Source: Ignavibacteriota bacterium (GTDB taxonomy: Bacteria; Bacteroidota; Ignavibacteria; UBA10030; CAVZMI01). Taken from it: DNA of 64,000 nt. The notes beneath the pieces were generated by a model. That model searched no databases. It was not told the DNA's origin and was given only the letters and a program-made list of their open reading frames with translations. The position numbers and the translations under genes are program-made. The stretch covers positions 128,001-192,000 of the forward strand of contig CAVZMI010000021.1 in assembly GCA_963776275.1 (NCBI GenBank), read 5' to 3'. This document shows positions 11,152-20,932 of this stretch, one piece after another (the first letter of the stretch is position 1; each line of letters starts with the position of its first letter).

Positions 11152-14100
11152 CTACGGCAAACTAAACTCCACCACATTATTCGTCGATAAGTTCTGTGCC
11201 TTATCCTGTTGAACTGTTCCCAACTTAACCCTGAATGTTAAATTCACCGGCAGTAACTCCTTGGTCACTTCGCCATTCACAGTGTTTCCAATCTGTCTCC
11301 ACGCACCTGAATAATAACTTGCCTGTGCATTATCAACCGGCTGGTTCTGTGCGTTTCTCACTCTCACAGTACATAATACTGTGGAAAAACTCACTGTATT
11401 ATTTGTTGAAATATCCTGTGACTTATCCATGGATATATATTCATGGGTCATTCTGAATGAATAATTATTGGGTAGCAGCTCTTTATTTGCTGTTCCACCA
11501 CTTGTTGTACCGAAACTCCTCCAGGCGCCCGAGTAATACTGTACCGTTCCCTGATCTATTAAACTGGCTTGACTGTTTTTCAACTGGACTATTGCATTGA
11601 CCGTCTGGAATACTACCGTAGGATTTGTACCGATATCCTGCTGTTTATCCTTGCTCGCATATGAATATGTCATTCTAAACGAATAGTTATTCGGTAACAG
11701 CTCTTTTGCTGCTGTTCCGTTTGTTGTAGTCCCGAAGTCTCTCCATGCTCCTGAGTAGTATTGCACAGTTCCCTGATCCATCAAACTACCCTGGCTGTTC
11801 TTCAATTGTACTGCTGCATTGACGGTTTGAAAAACTACTGTACTATTTGTTCCTATATCTTGCTGTTTGTCTTTGCTTGCAAATGCGTATATCATTCTAA
11901 ATGAATAATTATTTGGCAGCAGCTCTTTATTAGCGACACCATTTGCTGTTGTTCCGAAACTTCTCCAGGCACCTGAGTAATACTGGACTGTTCCTTGATC
12001 CATCAAACTACCCTGACTGTTCTGCAATTGTACTGCCGCATTGACTGTCTGGAAGACTACTATTGGATTTGTTCCTATCTCTTGTTGTTTGTCTTTGCTC
12101 GCATATGCATAGATCATTCTGAATGAATAATTATTTGGCAATAATTCCTTGTTTGCTACACCATTAGCAGTAGTACCGAATTCTCTCCATGCACCGGAGT
12201 AATATTGTACTGTTCCTTGATCCATTAAACTGCTTTGACTGTTCTGTAATTGGACTGCAGCGTTGACAGTTTGGAAAATTACTGTTGGATTTGTACCTAT
12301 ATCTTGTTGTTTATCCTTGCTTGTATAAGCATAGGTCATTCTAAATGAATAGGTATTTGGCAGCAGCTCTTTGGCTGCAATACCGTTTGTCGTTGTTCCG
12401 AAGTTTCGCCATGCACCGGCATAATATTGCACTGTGCCCGTATCTATCAATGCACCGCTACTGTTTTGCAATTGAATTTGCGTATTGACGGTTTGAAATA
12501 CTACAGTATCAATGCCGACCGGCACATTTGATTTTGTTTGTGTGCCGTACTCGTATGTCATTCGCAGACTTAAGGTTTTTTGGTTTGTAGTAATGGTGAA
12601 TGTACCGTCGTTGTTATTTATTGCATCTTTCCAGGCGCCTTCGTAGTACTGAAGTGTGCCACTGGTGAGAATCATACCACTGCTGTTTACAAATTTTATA
12701 ACGCATCCTGTTACTTGCGGCTGCGGCTTGATGTAGAAATGGATGCCGTTTGATTCTGCCGATCCATCGGGATTCTTTACAGTAACTACCGGAGAATCGA
12801 CGGCAGCGAGATCCGAAACGATTATAGATGCTTGTAGTAGTGTGTCTTTTATAAATGTCGTCGACTTTGCTGTTCCATTCCAAAACACCGTTGAGCCACT
12901 GACAAAGTTTTTGCCAGTGACACTTAGTGTAACGGTGCCACCCCCGACATAAGCAATGGCGGGACTTAGTGATATGATATTTATTAATTTAGAAAGATCG
13001 ATGTTGACGGAACGCTCTTCTTTAGGCAAATAGTAATAAAGCATGTTGGGATAATTGTCGAAGACCAAGACCTTTCCATCGGGCGGTAAGTTAAGATTTT
13101 GCAAAATGGTTCCTGTTTTGCCATCAAAAACAGAAATTCTCCCGGGATGTAAGTCTTTATAATTGGAGTGCCTGGAGGTTTTCTCAATGATCCAGGGTGT
13201 TTCTTCAATAATGACATACTTCCCGTTGCTAGATAAATAACTATGTTCAGCTAATGGAAAAGGAATTAGACCATAGACAGTATCTTTATCAATATTATAG
13301 ACAGCAAATTTTTTATCTTCCATTTGTTGTCTTGGATATAAAAAACATAAAAGATAATTTCCCTTTTTACTATCTGCGACATCGTATCCACCGGGAACAT
13401 ATATGTCGGACAATTTTCGATTAATAATAAGCTGCTGTGTAAATAATGAGTACTTGCCAATTGCTCTGCATTTCTGATTGTCCCTATTTTCTGAGTATAG
13501 GTAATTCCCATCAGCCGAGACAGAGCTTATCGAAGTAATCCAAGCTGGAGGAACTGGCAAGGTATCAAGAACTTTAAATGTGGAAGCATCATAAACAGCA
13601 GTCTTCTGGAAAATAAACAGGCTATCCCAAAGCCCTGAATAATCTGATCTGAGAAAATCAGTTGTCCACGTCACATAGAATACATTCTTGACGGGATTGT
13701 ACACTATTCCATCGAGTATGCTTCTGCCATCTCTTGATAGGTTATAAAACCTTGTGAATGATTGTACTTTCCCAACTGGTTGAGAAGGATCGTCAAATAA
13801 CCTATGACGTTCAAAATGTACCCTGCCAATTTTTTGCGTTGTATCTTGTTCAGGGAAACGATGATTAACCCCAATATTGTTTGTGTTAATGACATCCGCA
13901 ACGAACACCGGATACTCACGTCCTCCTGCATCTCCATATGTAAAGACCCAACTTTGTGTCGGATCCCATGATTCTAATTTAGCGCAGCAAACGGTATCGG
14001 TATAGAACAACTCATTTATATTAGTCTGTAGATTGAATCGCCAAAACTTTTCCGCTTCTTTGGCATCGCTGTAATAATAATATGGTTGCGCAAATACTTG

Positions 14101-14157
14101 ATATGTCAGGCATATCATTAGCGACAACGTCATCCACAAGCATTTTTTCATTTTCAT
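11152..14157 (-). CDS. 1001-aa secreted protein: propeller-like N-domain, IPT/TIG domain and seven 74-aa beta-rich repeats
   Basis: Signal peptide; IISLSP...TLSVTGKNFVSGSTVFWNG (IPT/TIG); repeated GTVQYYSGAWRxFGTTxNG...KELLPNNYSFRM. Confidence 0.85.
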   Translation of the reverse strand: MKMKKCLWMTLSLMICLTYQVFAQPYYYYSDAKEAEKFWRFNLQTNINELFYTDTVCCAKLESWDPTQSWVFTYGDAGGREYPVFVADVINTNNIGVNHRFPEQDTTQKIGRVHFERHRLFDDPSQPVGKVQSFTRFYNLSRDGRSILDGIVYNPVKNVFYVTWTTDFLRSDYSGLWDSLFIFQKTAVYDASTFKVLDTLPVPPAWITSISSVSADGNYLYSENRDNQKCRAIGKYSLFTQQLIINRKLSDIYVPGGYDVADSKKGNYLLCFLYPRQQMEDKKFAVYNIDKDTVYGLIPFPLAEHSYLSSNGKYVIIEETPWIIEKTSRHSNYKDLHPGRISVFDGKTGTILQNLNLPPDGKVLVFDNYPNMLYYYLPKEERSVNIDLSKLINIISLSPAIAYVGGGTVTLSVTGKNFVSGSTVFWNGTAKSTTFIKDTLLQASIIVSDLAAVDSPVVTVKNPDGSAESNGIHFYIKPQPQVTGCVIKFVNSSGMILTSGTLQYYEGAWKDAINNNDGTFTITTNQKTLSLRMTYEYGTQTKSNVPVGIDTVVFQTVNTQIQLQNSSGALIDTGTVQYYAGAWRNFGTTTNGIAAKELLPNTYSFRMTYAYTSKDKQQDIGTNPTVIFQTVNAAVQLQNSQSSLMDQGTVQYYSGAWREFGTTANGVANKELLPNNYSFRMIYAYASKDKQQEIGTNPIVVFQTVNAAVQLQNSQGSLMDQGTVQYYSGAWRSFGTTANGVANKELLPNNYSFRMIYAFASKDKQQDIGTNSTVVFQTVNAAVQLKNSQGSLMDQGTVQYYSGAWRDFGTTTNGTAAKELLPNNYSFRMTYSYASKDKQQDIGTNPTVVFQTVNAIVQLKNSQASLIDQGTVQYYSGAWRSFGTTSGGTANKELLPNNYSFRMTHEYISMDKSQDISTNNTVSFSTVLCTVRVRNAQNQPVDNAQASYYSGAWRQIGNTVNGEVTKELLPVNLTFRVKLGTVQQDKAQNLSTNNVVEFSLP
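11155..12700 (-). repeat. Intragenic tandem repeat, about 7 x 222 bp (74 aa)
   Basis: YYxGAW-coding motif recurs at about 11310, 11532, 11754, 11976, 12198, 12420 and 12642. Confidence 0.95.
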
Positions 14158-14178
14158 ATTGACCTCATTGTTTTAACT

Positions 14179-16590
14179 TTAACGCCACGGGTGATTAATG
14201 CGAAGACTATCGACGTCATCAGCATAATCTCTTGCCGTAATATTCTTACCTGTTCCTTCCGTACTTCTTGCCCAATAACCGGGTTTATTTTCCATTACAT
14301 CCGGTGGCTTCCAATCCCAATACCATGCTCCGATTCCACCATTATACTCGCAATACGCTTCGCAGTACCTCTCTTCTTCATCCAAAGGTGTATTTTTCGC
14401 TGTTTCGGTTGGGTCACGATAATCAAGATGGTAATTCGTCGCATCGTTGTCATAACAATATCTAAAATACAATTTTCCTTGCTGCACGTTAGTAACCCAA
14501 TTCCAAATAATATCATCACAGTCATAGTCATTATTATTATAGTACCAATTATTGGGATAATACCATGGTGAATTGATCTGCATCATTCCAAAATCCTGGT
14601 GGTCACCCCCTTGAAGGGGGAAATCGGGAGTCGTGTTATATTCTGTTTTGAAAGTAGACAACTTGGCGAATTGATTGAAGTGACTTTCATAGGATGCTAT
14701 GGCAGCATATTCATCTCCCTTGAGTTCCGCAAGGACAGTCGCCTTAGATGGATTCTGTCCTTTGATTATGAATGGATTCGATACGTCAGTCGTGTATTTT
14801 TTCTCATCCTTCTTTGTCGTAGCCTCTACATGAAGTGTTATCTGGTTGCCTCCGCGCATGTTGGCTTCACCATAAAGGTATTCACCTATTTCCAAATCCG
14901 TTGTATCCGAATTTGCACCTGATGCATCGCCTTTATAAGACTCAGTTGTATCATTCGGTGTCACATATCTATCTCTGTCTGATTTCCATTTTATCTTTAG
15001 TTCCCAATTAAAATCTACATCACCGCCATCGTAATTTTTTAAATATGCTTTAATCAAAGGCTTTGGCATTTTGGGTAGATTAGTCCCTTCGATTTTCTGT
15101 ATTTTCTGATCATCAGGAAGTGTATCCACCACTAACTCCGGCTTGCTCTTGATCGTCACATCAGCCACGGGTATCCTGCATGATTCTCCCCCTTCTATCG
15201 CGGTCGCCTCTATTTGTGCTAGTTTTGCACGTGATTCCGGCGAATTACTGGCATCTTTCATCACTCTGTTCAAGTTTGCTAAACGGGTTTCCACATATCC
15301 TATAATTCTATCAAATTGGGATTTGTTTTTGGCTATCTCTCTCCTATCAAACAGTCTCTTCTTTAACTTTTCAGCCGAACGGATCGAAGATCTTACCTTG
15401 CTCGTAGTATCTATTGAATATGTACCTTTTTTTTCACTGTTACTCGCCTGTTGGTTCTCGTGCGAACTATTCCGCATCTTCACCATCAATCCCGCAGGCA
15501 ATCGGTGTGTATCGATCGGTTCATTTTTTATCGATCCAGCACCCCCGCCACCACCTGCTCCCTCCGGATAAGCCTCTATCTCTGCCACAACGGAATCAGC
15601 ATCAATACTGTCAGCAGCCACAAATTCGAACGGTTGCTGACCATAGAGGTAAGAACCTTCATCGCCAGTTATCAATGAGCGCAAAAAACCATAGCTCTCG
15701 TCGCTATTCATCCAAATACTGAAATTGGTTTCTGGAGGGTACTCGATAAGAGCACCATCTGATTGAAGGCCCATAATGTTTATAGCGTCTGTATCACCGG
15801 GATTGATCTCTGCTTTTGATACATTTACAACCGTACAGAGTTCCGGCATGTCCGGGACTTCGACAGAAAGCCAGCGCAAATCACTATAGCCATAATAGGG
15901 GCCCCAAAATGCTGGATCGCTTACCACTCCATCACATGAAGCAGTCGTATATGGGTGATCTATTCGATAACAAAGATCTGCCGCACTATTAGTATACGAT
16001 AGTGTTACATTCCGAGCCCGATAAGTAAGGCCTTCGCAATCAGGAACTCCAATTGTAATGGTCACTGAGTCTCCGGCATGGAAATATCCAAGATCAACAT
16101 ACCAATCCTTGTTCCAGAAGGGATCATCATAACTTAGTGTCCAGTAAGTACCGGCACCGCAAAAAAAGGTTGAATCCATCGTTCTTTGATAAAATGCATC
16201 CTTCGCATTATATGAAAATCCAGGCTCGATGCCTTCGGTTCTGATAATCGGACCAAAGGTGACAATGCTACAATAACTACAATCAGCGTCAGTATAGTTA
16301 AAATAAGGTCCAAACCACCAACAGGCCATGTAGCCAATTCTATTAAAGTTCTGCCTCAGTCGAAGAGTACCGGGAGCTGTAAAGTAGATCCTACCATTGT
16401 ATTCATTATCGGGTAGTTCACTCGCATTTTGCAGAATCGTAGCCGGTGTAATTTTTACCCGCTCTCTAATTTTAACCTGGCTATTGGCAGTAGTTGAAAT
16501 TAAACCGGTGATAATCACAACGATTAGAAACTTCAACAATCGTAAGTTTCTAGAATCCTTTCGAGTGAGAAAATAAATTCGAGATGTCAT
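14179..16590 (-). CDS. 803-aa secreted protein with a C-terminal lytic transglycosylase (SLT)/lysozyme-like domain
   Basis: Signal peptide; Cys/aromatic-rich N-half; Gly linker; C-terminal AAIASYES.FNQF, DFGMMQIN, WNWVTNV and YNGG matching SLT motifs I-III. Confidence 0.75.
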   Translation of the reverse strand: MTSRIYFLTRKDSRNLRLLKFLIVVIITGLISTTANSQVKIRERVKITPATILQNASELPDNEYNGRIYFTAPGTLRLRQNFNRIGYMACWWFGPYFNYTDADCSYCSIVTFGPIIRTEGIEPGFSYNAKDAFYQRTMDSTFFCGAGTYWTLSYDDPFWNKDWYVDLGYFHAGDSVTITIGVPDCEGLTYRARNVTLSYTNSAADLCYRIDHPYTTASCDGVVSDPAFWGPYYGYSDLRWLSVEVPDMPELCTVVNVSKAEINPGDTDAINIMGLQSDGALIEYPPETNFSIWMNSDESYGFLRSLITGDEGSYLYGQQPFEFVAADSIDADSVVAEIEAYPEGAGGGGGAGSIKNEPIDTHRLPAGLMVKMRNSSHENQQASNSEKKGTYSIDTTSKVRSSIRSAEKLKKRLFDRREIAKNKSQFDRIIGYVETRLANLNRVMKDASNSPESRAKLAQIEATAIEGGESCRIPVADVTIKSKPELVVDTLPDDQKIQKIEGTNLPKMPKPLIKAYLKNYDGGDVDFNWELKIKWKSDRDRYVTPNDTTESYKGDASGANSDTTDLEIGEYLYGEANMRGGNQITLHVEATTKKDEKKYTTDVSNPFIIKGQNPSKATVLAELKGDEYAAIASYESHFNQFAKLSTFKTEYNTTPDFPLQGGDHQDFGMMQINSPWYYPNNWYYNNNDYDCDDIIWNWVTNVQQGKLYFRYCYDNDATNYHLDYRDPTETAKNTPLDEEERYCEAYCEYNGGIGAWYWDWKPPDVMENKPGYWARSTEGTGKNITARDYADDVDSLRINHPWR

Positions 16591-16844
16591 TGCTTAAATT
16601 CTCTCTTTTCGGGATACTCTTCCCCACGAGAGATAATCCATCCAGCACAAGTACGTTTATGATTACGCTATTAACAAGGAAGCTTCCATTATAATACCGC
16701 AGTGAGTTACTATTTTGTGACAATTCAACCAGAAGCTGATGAAGCCTGGGGTAAAACTGGAATATTTTGCGTCTCTAACTCGTAGAGCCTATAATCAAAG
16801 GATGAAATTGATCCTGAATTAAATTCAGGATAGAATACAACTGT

Positions 16845-16873
16845 AACTTAATGCTCGGGAATTGAAATGTCAA
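16845..16873 (-). promoter_or_regulatory. Sigma70-like promoter for the three-gene secreted cassette
   Basis: TTGACA-N17-TAAGTT on the minus strand, about 250 nt upstream of ATG 16590. Confidence 0.55.
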
Positions 16874-17022
16874 GAACTTTATTGGAAAAAAGTGTAAAAA
16901 TTACGATAACCGGAAATATTAGAAGGCGCCGAAATTCGGCAATCATCAATCATAAATCGGCATTCTCTCGGCCATTTCCAAATTGACCCTCAGTAATCTC
17001 GTGCCTCCTCTGGAGCTTTGAA

Positions 17023-18519
17023 TCAGGGAGACAAATCAGAAGATGGTATTTCTGATACCGGAGATTTCCGCTGTAGAAGAGCTTTCAGAATGCCAATCTC
17101 CGCAGGATCGAAGAAGCGCATGAGAGCCATAAGCCCGATGAATCCAATCAGAAGTCCGATTTTGACAAGCATATGAGCATGGAGAGTGCCTCCGACCACG
17201 ACAAAGATACAGAAAATTATTCCTGTCGATACGGCAATTACGCCCATTCTTCTGAATTCGTATCTGACCGGGTAATATCGTTGAACAATAAAATAGAGCG
17301 ATAGCGCCATTACAATGTAACCGCCGAGAGTCGACCAGGCCGCGCCTACAAACCCGAGCAAAGGAATCAGCAACAGATTCATCCCGATATTCGTCACGGC
17401 ACCCAGTCCTGACGTCAGTGGAAGAAATTGAGTTTTTTTCTCGATATAAATACCCGGTATCAGGAGAACATAAACTCCTGTAAAGACATAGGCGAGGAGC
17501 ACAATGGGAACGATGCCGAGTCCCGGCCAGTATGCAGGATGAATTAACCGGTGGTGTAAAATTTCAATACCGACAAGGTCGCCGATAAAGAATGAGATCA
17601 CCAGAAAACCAAACATTAAAAGAAGGAAAAAGTACGTGGCGATGCGCGCAAACATTTTTTTCGCATCCGGCTCTTTTGCATTCGAAAGGAAGAAAGGACG
17701 CCAGGCATAATCGAACATCGACACAATCAGCATGATAAAAATTCCCAGCCTATAGTTTGCCTGATAGATGCCGACCGATGCATCATCGGTGAGCGCCCGG
17801 AGAATCGGCCTGTCGATAACCTGAAGCGCAATGCCGGCGAGTCCTGCCGGGACGTATGGCAGACCGAATTTCAATAATGCCGAAAAGAGCTTTGAATTTT
17901 TCGGCCATGCGATATGACGGATAATTGTGGGGAAAAGACAGAGTGCCGTAAAAAGAGATGAAATGATCCCGCTTACGAATATTCCCGCCACGCCCATCCT
18001 GAATTTTGCAAGAAGAATGGCATTTAATACAACATTTAGAATGATGCCCGCAACCCGGATTCCCGCAAACTGCCACGGCCTTTTCTGTAATCGTAATGCC
18101 GCAAACGGTATCAATGAAACTGCATCGAAGAAAAGAATCCCGACGGCGTAAATCACGATATATCGTTCCTGTTCACCACGTGCTACCAGATATGAAAGCG
18201 GAGTTGCATTCCAGAGAATAAGAAGAGAAAAAAGAACAGAGCCGATAGTCACGGTCAGCCACGAGAGTCCGAAGACTTCTTTTTCATCGCCAAGCTCTCG
18301 AGTGGATGAATATTTAAAAAAAGCCGACTCCATGCCGAGGCCGTATACAACATTGAGAAATGCTATATAGGAATAGACATTTGCAACAACGCCGTAATCA
18401 CTTTTCGGAAGGATATTCGTATAAAGGGGAAGAAGAAGGAAACTCAGAAATCGCCCGAGAATGGTACTGATACCATAGATGGCTGTTTCTGCGCCGAGTC
18501 GTTTGATTTTATCGAACAT
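17023..18519 (-). CDS. Oligosaccharide flippase (Wzx/MATE-like)
   Basis: Many TM segments; RFLSFLLLPLYT...DYG and VGIYQANYRL motifs. Confidence 0.88.
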   Translation of the reverse strand: MFDKIKRLGAETAIYGISTILGRFLSFLLLPLYTNILPKSDYGVVANVYSYIAFLNVVYGLGMESAFFKYSSTRELGDEKEVFGLSWLTVTIGSVLFSLLILWNATPLSYLVARGEQERYIVIYAVGILFFDAVSLIPFAALRLQKRPWQFAGIRVAGIILNVVLNAILLAKFRMGVAGIFVSGIISSLFTALCLFPTIIRHIAWPKNSKLFSALLKFGLPYVPAGLAGIALQVIDRPILRALTDDASVGIYQANYRLGIFIMLIVSMFDYAWRPFFLSNAKEPDAKKMFARIATYFFLLLMFGFLVISFFIGDLVGIEILHHRLIHPAYWPGLGIVPIVLLAYVFTGVYVLLIPGIYIEKKTQFLPLTSGLGAVTNIGMNLLLIPLLGFVGAAWSTLGGYIVMALSLYFIVQRYYPVRYEFRRMGVIAVSTGIIFCIFVVVGGTLHAHMLVKIGLLIGFIGLMALMRFFDPAEIGILKALLQRKSPVSEIPSSDLSP

Positions 18520-18520
18520 G

Positions 18521-19402
18521 TCACCGACGGAGTGTCAGTTCCAGAGAAATATCGAGTGCCTGTACCGAATGCGTCAGGGCACCGACCGAAATCAAGTCGA
18601 CGCCGGTCTTAGCGACGGTACGGACATTCTGAAGCGTCATTTCGCCCGATGCCTCCACCTCCACACGTTTTGCTATGAGTTTGACAGCTTCGTGCATTGC
18701 ATCAGGTTGAAAATTATCGAGCATGATTCTGTTGAAAAACTTGCCCGCTTCAAAACAGGCCATAGCTTTACGAACGTCATCCATTGATCGCGTTTCAACT
18801 TCGATCGGAATATTAAGTTCTTTTTTTTGCAGGTATGCAAAACAGCGCTCGATTGCGGGTTGAATCCCGCCTGCAGCAACAATATGGTTATCCTTGACCA
18901 TTATCATATCGTCAAGCCCGAAACGATGATTCACTCCGCCGCCGATCGTCACGGCAAGTTTATCGAGCACACGGAGTCCTGGAACAGTCTTTCGCGTATC
19001 GGTGATCCGGACACCTGTTCCCTTGACGGCGTCGACAAATTGCCGCGTAAGGGTTGCGATGCCGCTCATTCGCTGAAGGAAATTCAGCGCGACGCGTTCT
19101 CCTTTAAGGATTGATTTCGCCGGTCCGTTGATCGTTCCGATAAAATCCCCCGGTCGAACATGATCACCATCGTGAACGGCCGGTAACATACCGAGGCTTT
19201 CGTCGAGGTACCGGAACACGATTGCAGCCACCCCGAGACCGGCGACGATTCCAGGTGCTTTTGCAAGAAAAACCGCTTCTCCCGACATTTCTTCGGGCAC
19301 GGATGCATCGCTGGTGACATCGCCCAGGCCGATATCTTCGAAGAGCGCCTGTTCAATGATGCGGCTGACACGGCTATCGTGCAGAGTGTTACTGTTCATC
19401 AT
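18521..19402 (-). CDS. nadC: Nicotinate-nucleotide diphosphorylase (carboxylating)
   Basis: ED...GDVTS, GERVALN, DTRKT, HRFGL, KDNH, IMLDN, ISVGALTHS. Confidence 0.97.
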   Translation of the reverse strand: MMNSNTLHDSRVSRIIEQALFEDIGLGDVTSDASVPEEMSGEAVFLAKAPGIVAGLGVAAIVFRYLDESLGMLPAVHDGDHVRPGDFIGTINGPAKSILKGERVALNFLQRMSGIATLTRQFVDAVKGTGVRITDTRKTVPGLRVLDKLAVTIGGGVNHRFGLDDMIMVKDNHIVAAGGIQPAIERCFAYLQKKELNIPIEVETRSMDDVRKAMACFEAGKFFNRIMLDNFQPDAMHEAVKLIAKRVEVEASGEMTLQNVRTVAKTGVDLISVGALTHSVQALDISLELTLRR

Positions 19403-19547
19403 CCACCAGGAGAATGGGAATATCATCCTTCACGGCATACACCTTTGCACATTTCTTGCATGTGAGGGAGTTTCCAGCTGCATCATAGAGAAGATCTCCT
19501 TTGCACTTTGGACAACAAAGAATGTCGAGAAGTTCCTGACTTAACAT
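19389..19547 (-). CDS. Trm112 family small protein (52 aa)
   Basis: Manual translation MLSQELLDILCCPKCKGDLLYDAAGNSLTCKKCAKVYAVKDDIPILLVDDEQ; below the ORF-track size cut-off. Confidence 0.92.
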   Translation of the reverse strand: MLSQELLDILCCPKCKGDLLYDAAGNSLTCKKCAKVYAVKDDIPILLVDDEQ

Positions 19548-19558
19548 AATGGCTCTCT

Positions 19559-19978
19559 CTATTCGAATTTTGATTGCAGGAGTTCAATAAACGAAGCCGG
19601 TGCACGCGTTGGACGGCCAGTATCAGATTTCACAAAGCTGTGGACGGTATATCCTTCAATCAGAAGATCCGTTTTGCCTGCGCGTCGGATTTCATAGTCA
19701 ATGCGGATTCGTGCTGCTGGAATCTCGCGTACTATCGTCTTCACTTCTATCAAATCGTCATACCGGGCAGAAGAAATATATCTTGCGTGTGATTCCACAA
19801 CAGGGAGAAAATAGCCGAGCGCTTCGATTTCAGAATACGGCATGCCGATTTCCCTCAGGAGGTCGGAACGTCCTTGCTCAAAATACTCATAGTACTTTGC
19901 GTAATACACTGATTTCATCTGATCCGTATCGGCATATCGCACACGGATCTGCGATGTTGTAAAGAGAGTACGCGCCAT
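19559..19978 (-). CDS. YbgC/FadM family acyl-CoA thioesterase
   Basis: RVRYADTDQM..VY...Y..YFEQGR hot-dog fold motif. Confidence 0.92.
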   Translation of the reverse strand: MARTLFTTSQIRVRYADTDQMKSVYYAKYYEYFEQGRSDLLREIGMPYSEIEALGYFLPVVESHARYISSARYDDLIEVKTIVREIPAARIRIDYEIRRAGKTDLLIEGYTVHSFVKSDTGRPTRAPASFIELLQSKFE

Positions 19979-20928
19979 TATTCGTCGAATGATCCCATTG
20001 CACCGAATTTTTCGATACGGTGTTCGAGAAGCTTTTCAACTTTAATTTTTTTCACCAGTTTTAATTCTTCGATCAGCACGTCTTTTAACATTATTGCAGC
20101 CAGTTGTGGATTACGGTGGGCTCCGCCGAGTGGTTCAGGCACAATTCGATCAATCACGCCCTGCACCAGCAAGTCGGGTGCTGTCAGTCTCAGCGCTTCG
20201 GCTGCCTGTTCTTTAAAATCCCAGCTCCGCCAGAGAATGCTCGAGCATGATTCCGGGGCAATAACATTATACCATGTATTTTCGAGCATCAACACTCTAT
20301 CGCCGATTCCTATCCCCAACGCTCCGCCCGATGCGCCTTCACCGATAATGACGGCGATAATGGGTGTTCGCAGCCGGGACATTTCGAGCAGATTTCGCGC
20401 AATTGCCTCGGCCTGCCCGCGTTCTTCCGCTTCCAAACCGGGATATGCACCGGGAGTATCGAGGAGTGTAATGACCGGCCTTGAGAATTTCTCGGCAAGC
20501 TTCATCAACCGTAGAGCTTTTCGATAGCCTTCGGGATTCATCATACCAAAATTCCGGTAGAGATTCGTCTTGGTATCCCTTCCTTTTTGATGGCCAATCA
20601 CCATAATGGTCTCGGTACCCAGACGTGCAAAACCACCGACCACAGCGTGATCATCGCGGTATGACCGATCGCCGTGAAGCTCGATGAAATCGGTCATCAT
20701 GAAGCTTATATAATCAAGCATATAGGGGCGTTCCGGGTGACGGGCGAGCTGTACTTTTTGCCATCGGGTCAATCCTGTGAACACATTCTGGCGAAGTTGA
20801 TCGACTTTCTTTTCCAGCGTTTTAATTTCTTCCGAAATATCGAGGTTATCGGCATATTTTCTCATCTCATCGATTTTTTGCTCAAGCTCAAGAATCGGCT
20901 TTTCGAATTCGAGGACCACTTTTGCCAT
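19978..20928 (-). CDS. accA: Acetyl-CoA carboxylase carboxyltransferase alpha subunit
   Basis: [45 protein letters not shown]. Confidence 0.98.
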   Translation of the reverse strand: MAKVVLEFEKPILELEQKIDEMRKYADNLDISEEIKTLEKKVDQLRQNVFTGLTRWQKVQLARHPERPYMLDYISFMMTDFIELHGDRSYRDDHAVVGGFARLGTETIMVIGHQKGRDTKTNLYRNFGMMNPEGYRKALRLMKLAEKFSRPVITLLDTPGAYPGLEAEERGQAEAIARNLLEMSRLRTPIIAVIIGEGASGGALGIGIGDRVLMLENTWYNVIAPESCSSILWRSWDFKEQAAEALRLTAPDLLVQGVIDRIVPEPLGGAHRNPQLAAIMLKDVLIEELKLVKKIKVEKLLEHRIEKFGAMGSFDE

Positions 20929-20932
20929 CCTT

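Noticed and set aside
10396-14157. Genes 2 and 3 of the cassette as one broken T9SS protein
   Set aside because: Gene 3 has its own RBS-like aaaggg and signal peptide, and is separated by 123 nt containing a palindrome.
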